A DNA stretch of 64,000 nucleotides. It comes from Podarcis bocagei (taxonomy: Eukaryota). The stretch lies in the NCBI GenBank assembly GCA_964188305.1, contig OZ076885.1; one strand, given 5' to 3'. The notes beneath the pieces are model-generated. The model saw only the letters and a program-made list of their open reading frames with translations, did not search any database and was not told where the DNA came from. The first letter of the stretch is position 1; every line of letters starts with the position of its first letter. Positions 1 to 12,850 of this stretch are shown piece by piece. The position numbers and the translations under genes were made by a program.

Positions 1-2283
1 AAAAACAAGCTTCATGCTTCTTTACTCTAGATATAAAGTTTTCTTTGCTTGGTCGAACTACCTGTACTGGAAAGGTGAATTCTCCTACAGCTACACATTG
101 GTAGTTTCCTGAATGGTAGTTGGTAGCAAGGTCCTTAGAGAAGAACCATAAATTAGGATCTGCTATCTTCCATCCTGAACAAAGACTAGATTCAGCAATA
201 ACCCTTGACCATTGGCTGCGCTTGATAGGAGTTTTAGTCCAACAACATATGGAAGGCCACAGGCTAGCCATCTCTGACAATAAGCTATGAAATGGCTTAT
301 TGAAATGGCAAAGTACATCACGTTATCATTTTTTAAAATTCCTGTATATTGAATGATGATATATGTCAATGTTCATGTAACTTTGTGACAATTCAGCAGG
401 GTTTCCAGAGGGCTACTTATTTTCTTTCCATCTCCCCCTCCCTGTTAAAGAGGACGATGACTGTACCATTTTCAGTTCCTTCTGATTTCACTTCAATCAC
501 TGAAAGTGAGGAATATGATCCCTTTGCTGTGATTTGGTTAGCGCCTTGTCCTAGTCAGCACACATCTGCCTAAACTATCTTCCTGAAGCTTGTAAAATAT
601 GATTGTTTACGAGATATTGATGGCTGGAGGGGAACACTAAAGAGCAGAGAGTCATAATTAGAATTCCAATGCATTTGATCCAATAAAGATTCCATCAATG
701 TCACAGAGAGATGAGTGGCTGTGAATCTTGGAGTCATCATGGCCCATACAAACTGATTTATACACTTACAACGCTGGACAAATGAAGGGCAAAGAACCCA
801 TGCCAAACAATTCCAGCAAGACAACTCCTTACTTATCCTTCGGCTGGCTGCCGAAAATGCACAGACGCTCTGGACTCAGCTGTTTCACATCGTAACACTC
901 GGCCAAATAACTGGTCCAATCCATCTACATTTAGTCAAACTATTCCCTTATCGGTAGATCCACAATTGCATCATGTAGGATGCGTGTGCATCTGCTGATA
1001 AGAAATTTCTGCAAGAAAAACAGAATCTGGGCAGATCAACAGACTTTTCTCTCTCTCTTTTTTCCTCTTCCCATCCCCCTTGCCAGGGCTGCTGGCAGCA
1101 ATTCTAAACACCTCATTTATTCCGGATTTATAAAGGTCCTCTGTGCAGAGTGTAGAGCTTAGCTTTTGACATTTATATATTCCTTCTCTAGAGATGCTAT
1201 TGTATACACAGAATTATTTTGGTTAGAGGGTTGCAGGGATGTGGCAATTAAAATCAACAGTGTTGTCTGAGGCTTCACGGCAAATGCTAACTGAGAAAAG
1301 TATCTGCAAATGGTGTGGGGGGATCTATCCTTGCAAACCTGCTCCAAGGCATCTAGGGTGTTATTTTTAAGAAGAGAGATGTCCTCTGTGTCCTTTTATT
1401 GCTTAGCTATTTTCCAAGCAGTAATAGTAGACACTTTTCACCCTGAGCAAAGACTGTGATTGTGTTATACGCGACTTCTGCGAGGGGAAGTTACTGAAAT
1501 TAATTTCATCAAATGGCGAAAGTAATTTCTCAAATAAAAACAGACTATTACGAGCAAAGAGATGTCTTAACAGTTTACTGGTGACCTGCAGATCAGCCTT
1601 AAGAAAGTGAAAGGAGTGAATTGAAAAGAAGAGGGCAGACTTGCACTCTGGCAACAGATACTGCAAGAGGTACCAGTGGGCACAGGCTGATCTGATGCAA
1701 ATAATTTAGCAATTCACTGTGCATATCTATCCTGTTATCTGCACTAGAAAACAATCTGTTTCAAGATACCCTTCGCAGCTTTCATTGGGAGCTTTCACTA
1801 CTAAATTGGAGCACTACTAAATTGCACTACTAAATTGGAGCATTAATATATTTGCTTGGCTCCTTGCAAGTGTGTGATCCAGAAAAATCATTTCAGAGGG
1901 CCAAACAGCAATGCTTTATATGCTTTTTTCATTCATCATCACCCTAATCATTTAATAGAAATCAGACATTAACTCCAACGTGGATTACATCCCAGGAAAG
2001 GCATTCAGGCTGATAAGAGCTTATAAACTGGGAGGCATTAAAAGACCAAGATAAGGGGATATGTCCAATCTTTATCGTAGGGTGGATACAGATCATCAGG
2101 CATTACTTTTCAAGGGAGTGAAACAAAAGTGCTACAAAGGCCAGTTCCATGTAGTCAATTTGTCAAGGATCCATGTATTCGTCACACCCTTATTGCAAAC
2201 AGTGGAGTCTTGTGATTTGATAGCTTTCTTGTGATGTTAACATCTCTGCCTTTGTGCAGGGACACACAATTTGCAATTCAGTG

Positions 2284-2285
<2 letters not shown>

Positions 2286-2359
<74 letters not shown>
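2286..2359. repeat. Compound (TG)n(AG)n microsatellite
   Basis: Seen directly. Other dinucleotide tracts lie at ~16130-16173, 17419-17445, 26020-26047 and 26854-26896. Confidence 0.95.
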
Positions 2360-2363
<4 letters not shown>

Positions 2364-3944
2364 CATGCCTCCAACAGAGTGGAAACATGTTCTAGAAAGC
2401 AGAGTTGTTCCAGGAACCCCCTCACAGTTCCACTACCACCCTCAGACCAAAGTCAATGTCCATCTTTGCATTATATCCCTAAAAGAGAGTAGCTAAGTTC
2501 ATATGTTACAACGAAACTTGCAAAGAGAACGTGGAAGTGACTGAGTGACTCGCATATCTTGCCTGTGCATCTATAGCAGCTCAGTGCATCTCACTGCCAA
2601 AAAGATGCGCCAGTCACCGGCATAGATATTTACACCAGAAGTGTGAAAAGAGGGTGCACATCTCTCTCTCTCTCTCTTGCAGTGTTCTTACTCTTTCCTT
2701 ATAATGCCCAGAAATGATCAGATTTCAGCTGCTCAGGCTAAGACTACAAAAAAAACCTTGCACTTCCAGTTCTGGAGTTTGCCGCTTCACTTCCCAAGAG
2801 CCTGCCAAACAGAGAGATGTTATTACAGAAAATTGGAAGCATTTTTGTTGTTGCCTTTTGTTTTTACATGACTGTATTCCTTTTGTTCTAGGCAGGAAAG
2901 GCCACTCCACAGACCTCTGATTATTCTGGAAACTATATGGGAAGTAGTGAAAAAACAATTGAAACAGCTTTTTTTTTTAAAAAGAGCCACCAACTTTCTC
3001 TGCTTCTAACTTTAAAAGGAAATGAGACATCAAAGTATGTCATCTCTTTCCACATAATTTTTAAATATTATTGTTTGATAAAATTGTGGACCATCAACCA
3101 CATCTCCCAGTTGTTAAATGTTCTCAGTTTCCTCCTCATTCTCAGGAGCATCAAGGGAATTTGACTCAGATCATCATGGGTTTTCTTCAGATGCACCATA
3201 TGTACCAAGTCAAAATAGCTTGCATTTCAGATAACTTGGGACTTGGGGAAAAGGAGTTACCTTCACTGAAGCATGTGGACTGACTTGATTCCTTCAGTCT
3301 TTTGGATATATTTACTCTGCAAATATCTCCTTTCTGTTTGTATTAACTCTCATCTGAATTTCAGAGAAGGATCCCTGAAAGCCTGGTAAGAAGAAGGCCC
3401 TGCCATTGGAAAAGAAGAATCCAACCTTGGTGAGTATCATTCAATTATTAAACTGCATTCCAATTAAATGTATTTTACTGTCTTGGCTGGAAGAAAAGAG
3501 TCAGCAGCCTACACTTCCCAGATGCCATTATGCAAAACAAAATGAGCTTTAGGTTGCCAGCCTCTGTTTTTTTAATTCAATGTCTTGAAATAGATTCATA
3601 TCACATGCTCTACAATTACACATAATTGTATATACTGGGTTGTATCCAACTAAGTTAGTCATATCCGACTAACTTAGGCTCATTAATTTCAATGGGTCTG
3701 CTTCTATTTGGGTAGGACTTAGTTGGCAAAAATGCACCGAGTGCCAATGCACATACCCAGTGACCAAGAATCCTGTAGGCACCATGACACAACAGACACA
3801 AGTGCACTTCCCAGCACATGTTTCATGCACTTTGTGCTGTGGGTACTGCACCCAATTCACAGAAACTTTTTCCCTATAGTGTGTGTAGCAGAAGAGCAGC
3901 ACAAATGAACGTGCCCCATTACACAAAGGATTCCTCATCAACAT

Positions 3945-4325
3945 ATCCTCCAACATTTCTCCAATGAAAATAGTGATGTCCTATTCTTTTTTTTAATCGT
4001 TATTATTATTATATACCTTGCCCATCTGACTGGGTTGCCCCAGTTACTCTGGGTGGCTTCCAACGTATACAAAAACCTAGTAAAACATTAAACATTTTTT
4101 TAAAAAATCCCTATACAGAGGTGCCTTGAGATGTCTTCTAAAGGTTATTTTGTTACTTATCTCCTTGGCTCGGGGGTCACATAACTCCGTACCCTCCAGC
4201 ATTTCTCTGCTGAAAATAGGGACATCCTAAGGAAAAGCAGGCCATTCCAGGATCAAATCAGAAACCGGGATGACTTCTATAAATCCAGGACTGTCCCTGG
4301 AAAATAGGGACACTTAGAGGGTCTG
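3945..4325. mobile_element. Probable non-autonomous DNA transposon relic with an internal L2 tail
   Basis: Repeated GAAAATAGGGAC sub-terminal motif, ending GAGGGTCTG. Confidence 0.5.
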
Positions 4326-5259
4326 CATCAATGTTTATATGTGAGTGAACCAGGCCACTGTGCTGGGTTACTTTCTAATGCAAAACAAAAATGCAAACAC
4401 TTTAGCTTTTAATTATAGAACTGTAACTGTAGCACACTGTAAACACCTACAATTAAGAAGATGGAATCAAGAGTTCTGCAGCATCTGTGCTATACTGAGA
4501 GAGATATCGTCAACATGTGTATTATTGGTCGCTGTCCTGTTAATGGAAATGCTTTCCCATCCCATTTATGTCAAAAATACACAGTGCATACAAACCCTTT
4601 TAATGCTACAGTTAAGGAATGGAACATTTCCTTCCCTGCAAACTACCATTGCCCATTTGTTTCTGCTTATGAGAATGACATGCACCACCAGCTGCTGTTG
4701 GGAGTGGAACTCCTGGCAGCATTAACCCATTTCTCTCCCAATAAGGTCCTGGATTTAGTTTCCATTCTGGGCTCTGACCTTTTTCATCAGTGTATCATAT
4801 AATAGCCAGTGGACAGTTTGCAGCTACATTCAGAGGCATGCCTAGGATCCCACTGTACAGAAATATTCAAAGGGCAAAAATCTCCAGGGACACAGGCGTG
4901 ATATGTCTATTAGCAGCCACTCCTGGTGCTAGTCCTAAACTTCCCTGTCAAGAAGAAAGAACATCGTCTGTGGACCTCATCTCTTCCAGCCACATTCCTT
5001 CTACAAGAGGCTGTGACGGCCACCATCTTGGATGGCTTTAAAAGGCGATTAGACAAATCTGTAGCTGTGAATGGCTACTAACCATTAACAGTCACTCTGA
5101 GCTTCTTTTTGTAAAATAAAACTGGCTAAATTATATATATATAAAAAACCCAACAAAAACCCTCCTCCTGGCTATGCTCTACCTCCACTGTTGGAGACAG
5201 TTTGCTGGGAATATGTTGCTGGATAGCACAAGGGAGGACAGCACAGTTGTACTCAGGTC

Positions 5260-5394
5260 NNNNNNNNNNNNNNNNNNNNNNNNNNNNNNNNNNNNNNNNN
5301 NNNNNNNNNNNNNNNNNNNNNNNNNNNNNNNNNNNNNNNNNNNNNNNNNNNNNNNNNNNNNNNNNNNNNNNNNNNNNNNNNNNNNNNNNNNNNN
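5260..5394. other. Assembly gap (135 N)
   Basis: Run of N. Confidence 0.99.
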
Positions 5395-5612
5395 GGTTAA
5401 GAATTTAATTAGTTCTGGAGGTCCATTCTTAACCTGAAACTTTTCGTAACCTGACGTACCACTTTAGCTAATGGGGCCTCCAGCTGCCGCTGCGCGATTT
5501 TTGTTCTCATCCTGAAGCAAAGTTCTTAACCCGAGGTACTATTTCTGGGTTAGTGGAGTCTGTAACCTGAAGCGCCTGTAACCTGAAGCGCCTGTAACCC
5601 AAGGTACCACTG
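5395..5612. mobile_element. Tc1/mariner MITE, same family, left end lost in the assembly gap
   Basis: Internal match to the 60811 copy; right terminus GGTACCACTG followed by TA. Confidence 0.88.
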
Positions 5613-5614
5613 TA

Positions 5615-6038
5615 TACCGCCCTATACCACAGGTCTCAGGGCAGTTACAACATAAAATCACAATACAAAAACAACCCAATAGCCCCCTCCTCCCCAACAC
5701 ATTTTAAAAGGGCATTGGACGTCACTCGGCCAAAGGACTGGTTAAAGAGGAACATTTTTGCCTGGTGCCTAAAGGTGTATAATGAAGGTACCAGGCGAAC
5801 AAACCTCCCGGGAAAGAACATTCCACAAAGAGGGAGCCACTGCAGAAAAGGCCCGTTCTTGTATTGCCACCCTCTGGGCCTCTCATGAAGGAGGCACACG
5901 AAGAAGGGTCTCAGAAGATGATTTCGGGGTCCAGGTAGGTTCATATGGAAAGAGGCAGTCTTATGGAGGTATTGTGGTCCTGAGCCATTTAAGGCTCTAT
6001 AAGTCGAAACCAGCACTTTGAATTGGGCCCGGAAACTT
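5615..6038 (-). mobile_element. L2 LINE 3' fragment
   Basis: Translation FRAQFKVLVSTYRALNGSGPQYL matches the L2 ORF2 C-terminus, followed by an L2-type 3'UTR. Confidence 0.85.
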
Positions 6039-9000
6039 CCCACAGGCACCTGGTTGGCCACTATGGGAACAGGATACTGGACTAGGTGGGCCACTGGCCT
6101 GATCCAGCAAGCTTCTATGTTCACATTATGCTTTGCTCCAGGAGCCTTGTCTGAACTGTGGGTATCAGCCTCAAGTTCGCAGTCTGAAATGGTGGCTAGT
6201 GATAATTCCTTATGAAAGGTCTACCAAAGAGGGGAGGCTCCTTACCAAAGGCAGGGTCAACCCACAGCGTTTTGCTGCCCATGGCGAAAGGGAAAAATAA
6301 ACATGCTCTCCCCATTCCATGCATTCCACATACAGAAACCAACTGGAACGGCAGCTGATTCTGGGATCCAGGGCGCTTGAGGCAGCTGGCTAGCTTAGAA
6401 GGGCCAGGGCTTGCTGTGTGGCACACAATGGAGGCAAACGGTTAGGGGTTTTAGAACAAAGAATCAAGGGGCTCTTGCTATTTGGTCCACAACCATGGGC
6501 TTTTTGACATGGTTGCCTTACTTTAACTAATGACAAGGGCGGCTCTGACCATGGGCACAGAGGGCAACAGAAATCGAGGGGTCTGAAATAAGTCTTTCAG
6601 GCAAGCACAAAAGGATTTAAAGAGGCCTTTGATGCAATTCGTGCAAGGCTAGAATTCTGAGCCTTCGGAAGTCAGGAGGAGTATATGGCCCAATGCAACA
6701 GGAAATGTTTTTTCTGTGCCCCACTGAAAAATGTGCTTTCATGGTTCAGCAAGACTCACACACAAGGACTTCCAAATAAACTGGGTCTTTTGTCATTAAA
6801 TTTAAAGGATTGTTTCAGCTTTCAGATTCAGGAAAGAATGATAAACAAATACAAATAGTAAGCATTAAATTTCACTCCTTCCAAACTGATAAAATATAAG
6901 AGGGGAAATCAGATACAGCCTATTTAAATTTGCACGGGCAGAAATTTGAAGGGATCAAAAATGAAACATCCCAACACTGAAAACCATTTTTTCACAGACT
7001 CTGGTTCCACGTGAGTGAGAGCTTATTGGGATCTGACGCGTTGATTATCATGACTATTTAAAGGTTATCACCCCCAATAAGTTTGCAAATCATTTTCCTT
7101 TATGTTAATTTCTATGACTGTGGTCCTTAGCCCATAAACTGTCATAGGGAATTACTCTGTTAATTTATCAGTTGACTAGCTGCCCAGTGATTAATAATTA
7201 TGAAGGACTCAAAAAGCCATGTCGGAATTTTTGTTGTGACCTTTGGGGCGTTGATCTAAGGGGAGGACTGATCCTATGAGGTGCTGAGTATCTTCCACCC
7301 CTTTCAAAGCATGATCAAAATGTGCTGATAGGGACTCAGGAATGATGCAAGTACAGCCCTTGGCCAATGGCACTTTTCTGGCAACTTGCAAGACTCCATA
7401 GGATCATCCCCATCATGAAATCCCATTGGATTTGATAGTAAAGGAGATGGATTCTGCAGCCACTGAAGACATGAGCACAGCAAAAGTTTCTGAAATTCTG
7501 TTGTTCAAATGCTGCAGTCCACACATTGTGGAATAATCTCATTAAGGCTACCTATGAGTTAACAATTTGGGGGCTGACACCTAAATCTCAGTGGCTGGTT
7601 AACCTAAGTGCATGATCCATTTTTCTATAACTCTACCTTCACCCATTTATATACAGAAGAAGAAATATTCCCATTAAACCAGATCAGAAGGAGCCATTTT
7701 TTTAAATAAACAAGCCACATGTATCAGGCCTGTTACAAAGTAGACAAGGGACCTTTAAGAAGCAGATCAGAAAGCACAGAATGTTTTTTTTTTGAAAAAA
7801 GATTAAAGATGTTTTACAGATTTCTTTATGGATCATTAAGTTTTCTGGAATCCTGAATGTAACATGACAGATTTGTTTTAAGACCTCACTAGACTGAGTT
7901 CCTATTCAATTCAAAGGGCCATGTCAGGAGAAGGAATCAAAGAGAAATAAAGGCTGCTGCTTGAGTAAATCACCAGTAAAGCACCAAAGAACAGGAAGAT
8001 CGCAACAGTCTGGGCCACTGGCTGAATATAACTAACTTCATTGTACTAGCTAAGCATTTTCATAGAGGACAAAACTGGAAGAGATTCAGAAAAGACTGGA
8101 CTCTGGCTCCCACAAAAGTATTTGCCTTTGGTAAGCCGTCAGTTTTTTTATGGGTTTCTTTTTAACTGTTGTTTCTAAAAGAACTCCAAAGATGTAATAA
8201 TTATTTGGGTCACGTATTTCTTTATTTGTTCTTTAAAAGCAAGCCGACAGATGCATCTATAGGTCATACACTGCTTTAGGGAATTCAGCTTGATGCCATC
8301 AGCTTGAAGCTGACAGTCTTCCTTCACATGGTTTGTGTTGGTGGCTTTTTTTGAAATCGTTAAATTGGCTCGTGCTTTTCTGTTGATATCTGGATTTTGT
8401 AATTGGGTGTAATTTGTGGGTTTTGGTGGTTAGCCATCTTGATTTCCTTGGAAAATTGGGCAGGTTGTAAGTTTTTTAAATAAAATAAGAATAGTCACTT
8501 TGTGAGGTTTCCTTCTTCTTTTTTCTTGAAATAGCACAATTTGCTTCCAAAAGAAAAAGAAGAAAAGTAAGGAATCATTAAGCATCTAAAGCCACCATAT
8601 TACCCCAGCACTAAATGCATCAAATATCATCTGGAAAATGTCAAACCAAACTATCCCCCTCATCAAAGCAATGCTGTTGTTGGAGCCCTCGATTCGCAAT
8701 TCACAATAATTAACTAAAACATGAAATATGGATCTGGATACAAGCAAGAGACAAATTGATATTTGAAAGCTGGGTTTAATAATCCCCAAAAAGGGACCAT
8801 CTGTTAATAACAATCTTTTCCCTTGATCTCTGATGGGTATTCAAAATACAGACACAGATGGAATTTTATTTCCTTTTTCATTACAAAGATAATCTTGCTA
8901 CTATACTTAAATGCTCGTCACTGTACATCTTTGCTAAGTATGCATTTTTTTAGTTACAACTATGGGGTGATAAAAGTCACGCAATCAACAGAACTTCTGG

Positions 9001-12000
9001 AGCAAACATGAACTATCGGACATACCAAATTGCATTTTGACTCTTGATTTTGTTAAGTGAGCCGACCTATGGTCACCAGCAAACTAAGAGAACACTGTCC
9101 AAATGCCTGGTGTTCTTCACATTAGTGGCAAATGGGTATGAGTTACCTTATATTCATTTGAATGTTGTTCTGCTATAGAACAACAGACATGAGAAGAGCT
9201 AGGAGTGAACACCGTCTTTTAATCCAACGAGCAAATTGAGTAATTTAAGATATCCAAAACCCAAGCAAGTCAGATGTTGCATTCTCCCCCTTCCCTGCTG
9301 CCACAATATACTTTGCAGAAGAAAAGGAGCAAGATAGAGAGTGAGAGTAGAGAGAGACCATGCATGCATTGATTGCATACTTCTCACAGATAGAGGTCAC
9401 TAATGGACTGAATTTGAATCACTGTGGCAGAAACCACAAAGTTATATGAAAGTAATCTAGTGAAAAATGAACTCACTTTTAGATTAAGAGCAGAGGGTGT
9501 AGGGGTGACTAAGAAGCTGTCCTTCTTGGAAACAAACAGTTTTCTCTTAAGAGGGGCTATTCCCTCACCTATAAAGCACAGCAGAATAAAAGCCACAGCC
9601 CTTAATGTGCTTGATCTCCTACTTGTTTTCAAACAAGGAAGCCTACGTTTTCTGATGCCAGGGAATGGAGAGGAAAATCAAATCATCAGGGCTCTACATA
9701 CTTGAGAGTTGCCTTTCTAACCACTTACAGACATGTTTGCATTGCCGATTCTCGCCTGAAACCACAGCCCATGTAAGGCATTTTTTGAAATGGGTGGAGA
9801 TGGGGTTGTTTTCAGCAGATAAGCCTAAGTCTGTATCAGGCTCTCCAGCAGACCAGGATATAATCATGACTTATAGCAATGGCTCAAATTAAATCCAGAT
9901 ACTGAAAATCATATGCAGATAAAAATCACATATACATATGAACAAGTCAATCCTTAGCTTAGCTTGTTTGCATTCCATCAATTTATCTTTTGTCCAAGTC
10001 CTAGACTTCTGCACACCGTGTCCAACATTCTGATCAGAGGCCAGTTTGCAAACAGAACATTATCACCATGCCAAGGAGGTCCAATTTTCAGTGGGGCTTG
10101 GCTGGCATCTCATAGAATAATAGAATCTAGTCCAACCATCCTCTTTTGTTTTCTTTTTAACCATTGCAATGCCACCTGCAACTAACCAAGCCTGTTTTAA
10201 AACCAAGGTAAAATCCCAGTTGCATAGGAGCAGAACATCCTTTCAAAAAGTGAGGTACTTTACCACTTATTGGGACTCATGGGAAGTTTTGGGTAAGGCG
10301 TTTGTGAGCTCAGAGCAGTGTGAAAAGTACTGAGGCTGCCTAGTGTTCCAAGTGCAATATTTTGATGGGTCAACTTAATGCAGGGGAAACTGGCAGAAGG
10401 AGAAGGGAATGGAGATTCTCTAAGTGTGATGGGTGAAAATTATTTTCGAAAGGTACTGAGTAGGTGCGGGTGGTGGTGGTTTTTGTTTGCTGAAATATAA
10501 GCATAGTGGGGTGTGTGGATTATGCGCATCTTAAAGTAATTTAGGCAAAAAGAATCAGAAGAAACAATCCCATCATATCTAAACAGAAAAGGCTAGTTGC
10601 ACAAGGCTTGCAAAACATTTTCCTGCCTTTATTCTGTGTTCTTTTCAATAGATCAGATAGGTTACTGCAATTCTGAAGGAAAATGAATCACCGTTATCTC
10701 AGAAGGCCTCCTGCCCAGCTTTGCCCCTCCTGTGCTTGCAGGAGTCCCTGCCTCCTAGGATAACAAAACAAAGAAACAAAAAAGCACGCCAGTATAGTAC
10801 TCTTTCTGTTAATATCAAGATGCTGCAGTCTTTGGTCAAAAAATGCCACTTTCAGTGCATTTCTGTGACACAGACCATGATGGGATGACCTGACTGTCCT
10901 TTTGTCCCTCTTGAATCCAGAATGGATTTGCCAGTCCCACTGGAGCAGGAATTCTCTAGTACATGCTACGTAAATAAATCCATGAATGAACTCCATGGGA
11001 GTTTTGTCTCATTGAGGACTGCAGGATTAAGCTGCCTGGAGAAGATTACATTCCAGATCCCAATTGGCATGATTGGTTTGTAAGCACTAAGAGAAGGTAA
11101 ATAAGCTTGGGTGTAAAAGGATAGGCTTTGCCTATGCTAAGCAAATGCTCTCTCCCTCTATCTCTCTCTCTTTCTCTCCTAAACCAAAGATAAAAAATGA
11201 AAAATCCCACAAAGGCAAAAATCTAATCAGCACTTTCTATACACAAGTCCAGGCTTCTGCATGGATTTCTGCCTTGGACTTTATTAGCTTATTGTAAGCC
11301 TTAAAACAGATTTCCTCCATTAAAATTAATTAAAAGCTCCTGTTGACTGATTCTCCATTCCAGAGAGGAAGGTTGATGGCTTCTCCCTCAGTTTTCAGGC
11401 TGCTTCCCCCCCCCCCCAACTGCTTGCTTCAACCCCCTCCACTCTCTTCTCTCTGGCTTGTCAGTAACCCTCAGACCAGCTTCATGAAATAAGGCTGCTG
11501 TCCACTTGATGGACTTGAAATGCCATCTCTGCCTCCTCCTCCCTCCCCCAAGCCATCAGATCCGCCTTTATGTAGCTATTGATGGGAATCTGATGAATAC
11601 TGATGCAATTTACCGCTGCCTCCCCGCACCCCTCCATTTGAATTTCATAATGCTTGTCAGCACTGACTTAACCTGATCTTCTCTTTGCCAGCTTGGCTTT
11701 CATCTGCTCAACTTCTCCATTCCATAACACACACACAAAAGGAAATCTCTTCCCTTCTTTCTTCCAAAATATAAACCTCACTTGCTTCCAGAATGCCAAG
11801 TAGTAGCTCTTTGCTCGATGGTGTGAGGATACTGATGGGAGGAGGGGACAGAGGCGGGTCGTCCCTTTCAAGGCTAGGAAATAGCCAGAGGGCACATTTG
11901 GAACAGTCAAGAGTCAGGTGGGGGATGAAGGAGAAAAAGTAAAAAGCTGCCCTCTACGTTCATCTGGATTCTCATCCTCTCTCTCACACACACAGGCTGA

Positions 12001-12323
12001 AATACACAAGCTGCTGCACAGCGATCGCATCTTTCCCTTTCCACTTGTCACATACAGCCATTGATAAATTTCCCAGTGGGGATGCCTGCGCGTGTGTCCC
12101 TGTCAGTCGCGCACCACCCCTCTAGCCTAAGCAGGCGGCTGGCCATTTGCCCCTCATCCCGTCCACACCTGGATCCCAGGCCACGAACTTTTTGCATTTG
12201 GCACTATGGGGGCGATGGTTGTAATGGCAGGGGGGCTTCCCTCCTTCTGGGAGGGGGGAATATTAGAATCATTGAATCGGGGTAGGGGGGAATCCTGAGA
12301 CAGGGACGCGAGCCCGACTGTAC

Positions 12324-12850
12324 CTGCAGGCTCCGATCCTGAAGCGTTGTCCTCGGGTGCGCATAATCCCCGGGGAGTCTCTGCCCCCCTCCAGCGAAGA
12401 CCCCCAAACTTTGGCGGCCGCCGCCACAGCAGCAGCAGTAACGTTGGTCTCCGAGGTGCTGGGAGAGCAGCAACGGTGGGATCGTCCCCTCGCCGCGGTG
12501 GGGTCGTCGTCGTGGTCCTCCGCCTCCTGCTGCTGCCCTCGCCCGCAGGCTGCGGGCGGCGCTCGCCTCCGGGGCCGCCGCCTGCTGCTGCTTCTGCTCT
12601 GCGGAGCGAGCGCGGCACTTTCTTCCGCCTTCCCCGCTTACGAGGCAGCGGCAACATCCTCCTCCTTTCGCCTCCAACGCGCAGCCCGGGGCTCCAGCAT
12701 CCCCGAGAAGGCAAGCGCAAAGGCGCACACCTCTTCCTCTCTCTCCTCGGTCCCCACCTCTCAAGGAGAGAGAGAGAGGACACACCAGGCAGAGAGGGAC
12801 GCCAACAACTCGAAATCAACAGAGACGTCCGGGAGAGGAGCGAGCTCTAA
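12324..12850 (-). other. Candidate non-coding first exon
   Basis: Minus-strand donor CAG|GTACAG (exon ends 12324) at the end of a GC-rich UTR-like tract. No recognisable protein in any frame. The 5' boundary is a guess. Confidence 0.4.

Larger units (their letters stand above)
5005..6125 (+). mobile_element. CR1 3'-end relic in two pieces (5005-5259 and ~6039-6125) split by the gap, MITE and L2
   Basis: GGCCACCATCTTGGATGGCTTTAAAAG..TTAGACAAAT and GGCACCTGGTTGGCCACT..GGACTAG..GATCCAGCA; these two parts are contiguous in the copy at 47420-47695. Confidence 0.65.

Noticed and set aside
1796-1843. Triple CACTACTAAATTG repeat (also a 19-bp duplication at ~26760)
   Set aside because: Simple local slippage duplications with no spacer structure; not CRISPR-like.
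3365-3429. Plus-strand mini-exon (TTCAG| ... |GTAAGA or |GTGAGT)
   Set aside because: Splice motifs alone occur often by chance in 64 kb, and there is no coding or partner-exon support.
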